Source: Klebsormidium nitens (lineage: Eukaryota; Plantae; Klebsormidiophyceae). From it: 43,251 nt of DNA. The translations under genes and the position numbers were made by a program. Below, piece after piece: positions 36,187 to 43,251 of the stretch. The first letter of the stretch is position 1; each line of letters opens with the position of its first letter. The notes beneath the pieces were generated by a model. The model was not told where the DNA came from. It worked only from the letters and a program-made list of their open reading frames with translations, and ran no database searches. Location: positions 2,886 through 46,136 of the forward strand of contig DF237628.1 in assembly GCA_000708835.1 (NCBI GenBank), given 5' to 3'.

Positions 36187-36367
36187 ATGAAGGCAACCAT
36201 GATGAGCGCAGGTAATGATGCGCCGAGAGAGATTCTGCAGATTGGTTCTTGTTTTTCCATATTCTATGTGCATAGCCGACATGTCATTATGATGTGAATT
36301 GCTCCAACAATCGTCTGAGATGTCACCAGCTTACATCGCTAGTCGCTCTATATGGCCGTGCCTCTCT

Positions 36368-36729
36368 GCAGACCAACAGTCTAGAAGACCAAAATTCTAA
36401 GAATTTTTTATTTCAGAATCTCTCAGAGGTCATAATTGCTATAATCGAAAAGATACAAATACGCGGTCTTTTAGACTTTTGGTCTGCGGCAGTGCTACCA
36501 AGGTGTACCTCTGCATGCGATGATGATGACTCCGAGATTGTGTTCATGCTTCAGATCCATAAGTAGGAGTAATTCAAAGATGCTTCATAATTGAACATTG
36601 GATGTTGCAGACCAAAAGTCTAGAAGACCAAGATTCTAAAAATATTTTATTTCAGAATCTCTCAGAGGTCATAATTGCTATAATCGAAAAGACATGAATA
36701 CGCGGTCTTCTGGCCTTTTGGTCTGCGGC
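36368..36729. repeat. Two direct copies of a 123-bp hairpin element with 23-bp inverted arms
   Basis: Copies at 36368-36490 and 36607-36729. Arms GCAGACCAAAAGTCTAGAAGACC / GGTCTTCTGGCCTTTTGGTCTGC match at 21/23 in each copy. Confidence 0.85.
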
Positions 36730-36885
36730 CCTAGCTAGGTACGATCATGAGCACAAAACATTCCACTTGGTGTGTGTGCAGCGGCATACGATGTAGAAAG
36801 TGCACGTCAATAGTGGTGAATATATGCAGCATACCTGCAAATTACAATACATTCTGAACTTGACGTCGTTGTTTCACTAGAGGCT

Positions 36886-39800
36886 CTAACACAACAAGAG
36901 ATGTTGCCGTACAGCCGGCCACCACGTGTCCGCTCTGCCCGCAATGCGCAGCTTCGGTTCGTCAACCCGTTTCAGATCGCTATTCCTTCCACTGACGAGG
37001 TTAGCAAGGATGATCATGAGCGCAACGAGGCTCCTGTACCATGCTTGCGTCTTGAAGTTCACGAGAAAGGCGTTGCATGACTCGACCGCAGAGGTGTTGA
37101 CCCATCGCACAGAGTCGTAGTAATCTGCACGTGAATGAACAGAAGAATTGATTGCGACCTCTTGAAAATCCGAGTTGCATCCTTTGTGAATGCCGTGTAA
37201 AATGAACACTTCTGCAAAGATATTTAGAACTTGTCGCCTTCTATAGAGATCATCGGAAGCATTGAACTCGCTTCCTCAGTGCGCGTCGCCGCGTCTGCAG
37301 GAGCCTAAGAAAGATGCCGGCGTGTTCAGACTAGGCCCGTTGATATTCTTACGCATTCAGAACGCAGCGCATGATCAAATGCTCAGTCAAAAGCCGCCTC
37401 CTTCTTCTATGTGAAAGGTGGGGCGATATTGACTGTATTGCTCCAACCCCACCTCCTACACACACTCTGACTTGGCGCCTTCCTCGACTCGGATCGAAGC
37501 ATATGTACCATCATCCTGCAGACGCGTCAGGATCTTACCTGGGTTGTACGACGGGCCACATTTGTGAGCTTCGGAAGTTGTGCGTTGAAAGTGAAATCTG
37601 CATGGATGGCGCATGGATTAGGATCAGGACAAAAAGTGCACAATCGAATGGGATTGCGACCATTGTATGGCACTGGCGTAGGGCTCATAGAAACCTCTTC
37701 GATTGAAGCTGCCACATAGCTTGCAAAAATTTTCGCTTACCTGTCGACGAGAAATCGAACTTCCGCAAAGAACGTTGGCTCTCTCCGCATCACGTAGGCA
37801 CGCAGCTTGCAGGCGTTGTCGTAGACCAGGTACGCGGGGAGATCGTGGCGATTGAGGCGGGTGTATAAGACCGTGAACGGGTCTCGCGGCGACTCCCCAC
37901 GAAGCATCACGTGGAACCCATATATCACGCGATGCGAGCAGCAGAAAACGAACCCGCCCTTGGTGTGCCGTCGGAGACTCCTTGCCTTTTTCACCCCGCT
38001 CTCGAGGGCGATCTTGGCATCGAATTCGCCGACCATTAGCCCGCTCCGGCAACGATGCTCCTCGTTGGGCTGGAGAGACCTCCCGAGGTCGTCCTCGAAC
38101 GGCTCGTATTGCGGGAGGGGCCGTTTTTGCTCCCACCCTGGAAGCGGGTAGCAACCCAACTCTCGTTGCTCCCGACCGTAGGGATGATCCGCGGGCAAGG
38201 GCCCTGGCTCCGACCCGTCTGGCTCGAGACCAAGTCTGTCATTGAGCAACGTCCTCTCTGGCGGGAGCAGAGCGTACTCGTGCGGTGCGGGAGGGGAAAG
38301 GTTTTCGACCCCGGGGAGGAGCGCGTTTGCCCGGGCTGCCCAAAAGTCGAAGGCCTGCTGCTGCTCGACGGTCAGAGGGTTCGGCTCTCGCCCTAGCCAG
38401 ACGCAGACATCGAGGCCTTCGATGGCCGACAACGCCCATCCCGCCCGCCCCACCCCGAGTCCCACGGCTCCACGTCCAAAGAGCGTCAACCGGTAGAGAT
38501 GATGTAGCGTCGGATAGAAGAAGCGAGGGTACCGGTCGCCGTAGTGGTCCAGCAGCCGACGCAGGATTGGAGAGTGCTCTGCTAGCACGACCTTGTCGTC
38601 ATCGTTTGCGGCTCCCCCGAGGAGCAGCTTGCGAATGACACTCAGGGCCTTCCCATGCTGGATGAGATTGGAGTCGTCCGAGACTGAGTGCGGCGCGCCG
38701 AGAGTGTAGACCAGCTCCGCCCATCTGCTGGGGCAGTGCGGAGGCCAGCAAGCCTCCTCTTGCATGGCTTCTCTCTCGATGCCGTCGTGCAGCTCGTGCG
38801 CTGCTTTGTTCTTCGATCGCATCTGGCCGACCTGGTCCGCCCGGACCCAACGGCGCCAGTGCAGGAGGACGGGGTCCGCGTCGGCATCATCCGGGTCCGG
38901 AACGAAGTCTGTGACGCCTTGCACGTCGTCTCTATTGAGCGCGATCTGCACACAAAGACTCCGTGTCAGAGCATCGAACGCCTCAATCGTCGATGTTTTG
39001 TTTACTTGGAATAAAGGATTGACATATTGGTACAGATCGGACAGCTTCTTAGGAACATCAGCAGCGCGAGTCCAGGTCGGAACTCACCAGAAGCTCCTCA
39101 TATTCTCGCGCACTAGGAGTCTTTCCCAGCTCTGGATCGGCAGTGTGGTGGGCGCTATATCGGGCTATAAGCGTGCGGATTTCCGGCTGCTGCACTAAAC
39201 GCGTCTTCAACCCTCCACCGAAAAGAGACGCCGCGCAGTAGTTGCTTCCGGCCTCCATGACCTTCCGCACGTTGCCTCCGTCGGTGCCTTGACTGGGCGC
39301 TGTGAATGGTCGGAGCTGAGCGGCATCCGTTCCAGCCAGACCGCCCTCTGACGCGTGGCGTCAGCGCAAGCGAGCCCCGCGATGCCGTCGCAAAGGAGAA
39401 CCTAGTGTTCACAAAAAAGTGACCACCCTTGTCGATATGATTCACATGGACAACAATCTAGCGCTCTTGCGGCCGTAGAACCCACAAGTCTAGCTGCCTC
39501 CGCATCAGAAGGTCACTGCCTCTATGCCAACGACGTGCCTCCACTCCCATCCCATGCAGAAATCGTTACTACTTCGTCTCATCAGCAGCGGAAGCAGAAA
39601 GTGGAGACAATTTTGTGATTGAAAGTTTCTCAAGTGCCTTCTTTGTTACCGACAGAAGAGCGTGGCAACACATACCTCTGGATGTGGACCGCAAATGCTG
39701 CAGCACTCCATGATCTGCCGTCCGCACAGCTTGTAGAAGCCGAGGCTCGCTTTGCGCCAAGTCTCTTTGGTCAAGAGAGTCGCGTTGGGGTCGTAGAGAC

Positions 39801-42740
39801 TCCGTGCCGTACCTCCGGCTGCCACGAGTGCATTAAAAGCGGCTCCTGAGTGTTGTACGGACCGAAGCATAAGCTGGCATGCGGCTTGCGTAATGACCAC
39901 CCCTCGTTTCCATGCGTACAGACCGAGTGCCTCGCCGTTGAAGTGAACGGTGTGCTTCTCGGGACACACGCAGCAATAGATCCGGAGCTTGACCTGCACG
40001 AAAACAGAATCCAAATACTAGCGCCATATGTTGATTGACAGCTTTTCTTTGAATTACTATAATATCACGGTTGAATTGAAGATTCAAATACTAGACATTG
40101 CAAGGCTTTAACTTATCAACCATGCGCGTGCTCTGATCCAATTGAGAGAATTCCGCGTAGATGTCTTTATATGCCGTCGGACACTCTTATCTCAATCAGC
40201 ATTTGCAAGCAGAACAAAGGCTACAGAGCTAGGCATTGTAATGTTTACCTCCTGGGACCAACCCAAGTCGTGAATTTGTGCTCTCTGCCAGAGCCCCAAC
40301 CATTCGGTCCCGCAAGGTGGAGCCGTTCTGGGGCACGGAGCTGAGAGGGCCCCCGCAGCACTCAGCTCTCCGAAATCCCGTGCCGTCAGCTCGCTAACCC
40401 TGACAGGGTTTCGCAGCAGCAGCACCTCGGGGTCATGGACTTGCCAAGAGTCATTGGGGCGAACGAGCTTGGGCACCTCCAGCTGAACGCCCTCGGCATC
40501 CATGGGTAGGACCGTTGCAACACCGCTCGAGGCACCGTGCGGGCACGTACTGGAGGGGCACGCGCAGGCGTTACACACCGGGATGAGGAACGGTGCTTGA
40601 TCATCGATCCGGAGGGCGTTATCCGTTCTCCGCCCCGTCTCGTCCGCGAAAGCCTCATCCTCATCCGGCTCGACCTGCCCCATGCTACCATTTGCAGCTT
40701 CTGACTTCTCCGTTTCTGCGTGCTCCGGGTCAGCGGCCGCCCAGTATGATTTGCACCCCCTCCGTTTGATCGATCTTGCGGATGCCCCAGCAACATCACC
40801 AGAACTTTCTGCTTGCTCCGATCGAGCTCGCTTTCCGTTCGTTTGAGCAGAAGTGCAACACCTTGCCGTGCAGGGCTCCTCATTGGGTTGATTGCCCCCC
40901 AACGCCCTCGGATGCTGCTTGCAGAAGCAGTCCGGCCCTGCGCATGCGGCCCTCTCATGGCTCCCAACGACCAGCTCCGCGATGTATCCGTCCACGTCGA
41001 AGGCTGTGGTACTCGGCCCGCCGTGGGCCGTGACACCCCCTCCCCGACTATCTACCACCCTCGTCCTCAGAGACGTCACTGCCAGCTCGAGCTGGCTCTC
41101 CGAAAATACACTGTTGGCCGGTTTGTCCGCACCGCCCGGTCGATCCAAAGCTCGTTTTACCTCTTTGATATGTGAGCAGTCGGCCCTCTTGCTGCAACCG
41201 TCCTTCTCTCCCTCACAAAACCAACCCATCTGCGCCGCCTCTCCGTAGTGAACCATCGTCCTCTTCGGTGAGGGCGAGCCAGCATTCCAACACACTCCAA
41301 ATACCCGCTCTCCAGCTCTGTCGCATGGTACCTCCACCACCCTTGGGCCTTTCTGCAGCGACACGGCGCTCGCTAGCCTCGGCGACTCCAATGCCTGCAG
41401 GGCAAGCTTGTGGACGCAGGGCGCCCGCGAGTACAACCGGCCCCGGTCGCAGGTGCAGCTGATGTCCCCCGTTGTGTCTCGATGCACTGTCTCAAGCAGC
41501 GCGCACGCCTTGCTTGGTCGCCCAAGAGGCTTGATCCTGGCGGCGTTGTGATTCCAAACTTGTGCTAGCCAAGTAGACCGTACTGGCAGACCCCTGCTCG
41601 CCGACGCTGTAGAGAGCGAACTCCCCCGACTGAACGCCATCAAGGAACATTTTAGCCTGGTCGACGATGGTCCGCTGATTTCCTGCGCCGGACGCTTCTA
41701 CAGCCTCTGTGTCGATATGCCCCTGCATCCATTCCAGGGTTGCCAATCAGATATGCTACAAACCGAATATGAACTTGTGCTCTAGATGAACACCCGTCAA
41801 CGCTCCTAGATCAAGTTGGATTCATCAGCCCATTATCTATCAATTCTGTCAGCAGCATGGAGACCCGGGTCCATATTGTTCACACCTAGTGGCCGTCCAG
41901 ACACTCACATCCTGTTGACATTCAGAGTCTGATGACGTTAGTAGCGGCCGATGATAAAAAGCCGGTGATATCCTTGGACACTTGGACAGATTGTTGAATG
42001 CTTCACTACTGTAGTATGGACCGTATATAGGCTTGCAAAAGAAGCACCCGGTAGCACACAGATGCACAAGCAGAGGCATTTCTAGGGTTTGACGATTCAT
42101 AGTTGTGCCTTACCAATGCTTGTGCACTAGATCTTGGTATTTCCCCCGCCTTCCGTCCCCTATTCAGTGATGCTTGTGCCGCAGTATTCTTGTGCTTCCC
42201 ACTGAAGGCAACTTACCGATCCTCTTGCTCTTTCTTTTCCAGGTTGCCGACCTCTTCTCCCGAAAGCTCCTTCACTTGGCTCCATGCTACTACTTGCGTC
42301 TTGCGCTAGAACCAGATCTCAGATGAAGCCACGAGGCCCCGGTCTTTCCTTGCTACGGTGACTGTGAGTTTGTTGGCACACTGGGTCACAGGACCATAAT
42401 ATCGCTTCACGCACTCGAGGCAGATAGGCTGACGCTTTCTCTTACCCTTGGCTAGAGAATCGGGTGCGCTGATTGCGAAACCCCTCAGTGGGTGGTTTTT
42501 GCGACATGCAAGCTGGTAACCCTGATGATGCTTTTTAAGCAGTGGTTGAAAGCAAAGAGGGCACTTGGATGCTAGTGAGTTGGCGGGAATGGTCTGAAGC
42601 GCTTGCAGATCTACGATAAAATCGCCGCGTGTGACATGGCTCTGACTGCAGGGGTGCAAAGCGTAGCTTGGGGTGCTAGGGTTGTTCGCTCGGGCCGCAC
42701 TAGATCCTGGAGTTGGTTGCATCTTCTCCGAGCTCCTCAA
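36886..42740 (-). pseudogene. Second KDZ/Zisupton (HMGXB3-like) transposase with SWIM finger, apparently frameshifted
   Basis: SWIM CTCDRGRLYSRAPCVHKLAL; CSICGPHPE|VLLCDG (first Asp); HTKGGFVFCCSHRVIYGFHVMLRGESPRD; LVYDNACKL (second Asp); RREPTFF...FLVDR; HKGC...VNTSAVESCNAFL (Glu). Frame discontinuities lie near 41580, 39370 and 37210. Termini were not identified. Confidence 0.82.
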
Positions 42741-42902
42741 GATCCTAGGTCGTGGCCGGTAGTTAGTGGAGGTTATATCAGAGCGGCTGGCGACTTCTCC
42801 TTAAATAGACGCTTTGGTCATTCCGGGCCCTTTTCCCAGTCTACTCATGAGATATCCCCGGACACTAGGTTTACGGTCCCGTCCGGCGGGTTCTGGTAGT
42901 GA

Positions 42903-43251
42903 GTTGGGTCGGAATATCTACCCTTGCAGCACGTCGCAATGCCTCCAACCTGGCGCCTGATTTGGGATCTGTCAAAGCTTCAAGACACCGCCATCTGCGA
43001 ACAGTATCAAAGTAAATTGGCTAAACTTTTAGATGTCAATGATAAAATCAACTCAAAATTGGTATCTCCTGCTGAAATGCTAAAATTGCCGTTTATTCTT
43101 CGCCAATCTCTCCACACGATAACAGCTCTCTTCACCCATCAAGTCACGGTGGCTCTCGCTGACACAATCCCAGTTAAGAAGGTGAGATTTGACAGCAAAC
43201 CTTATTGGGATGAACAGTTGCGCGATTTACAATCGTTACGTACATCTGCTT
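42903..43251 (+). mobile_element. Fragment of a non-LTR retrotransposon ORF2 (endonuclease-RT linker)
   Basis: An open frame to the window end reads WDLSKLQD...YQSKL...VALADTIPVKKVRFDSKPYWDEQLRDLQSLR, which resembles the LINE linker ending in kPwWde.l. No catalytic motif lies inside the window. Confidence 0.55.

Noticed and set aside
36190-42900. Search for TIRs/TSD of the second KDZ element
   Set aside because: No convincing matching termini were found by eye, so no element boundaries are reported.
1-43251. tRNA, rRNA, capsid, packaging ATPase or protein-primed PolB genes
   Set aside because: None recognised. A profile search would be needed to exclude divergent capsid genes.

Overview
Eukaryotic genomic DNA with many GT-AG introns and one 711-nt N gap. 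The style suggests a charophyte or green alga such as Klebsormidium, which is an inference. The window is a nest of mobile and virus-like elements. (1) A Crinkler/RHS-like P-loop NTPase gene lies at the left edge. (2) A capsid-less virus- or plasmid-like module encodes a spliced AEP primase fused to a UL9-like origin-binding SF2 helicase, an MC1-like DNA-bending protein, two tandem PLV/NCLDV-type tyrosine recombinase genes (one decayed, one intact) and a Prim-Pol/D5 SF3 primase-helicase. The introns of the AEP-helicase gene hold about 17 co-oriented 60-62 bp palindromic repeats, interleaved with duplicated phase-0 exon cassettes. (3) A 13,956-bp KDZ (Kyakuja-Dileera-Zisupton) transposon splits the D5 gene. 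It has an 8-bp TSD (GACGATTG), imperfect TIRs and subterminal palindromic arrays, and it encodes a chromodomain-bearing transposase plus a divergent DUF3987 helicase-like / PRIMPOL pair, so it appears to carry its own primase-helicase module. (4) A second, decaying SWIM-containing KDZ transposase and a LINE ORF2 fragment occupy the right end. All family assignments come from motif recognition by eye. No database search was run.
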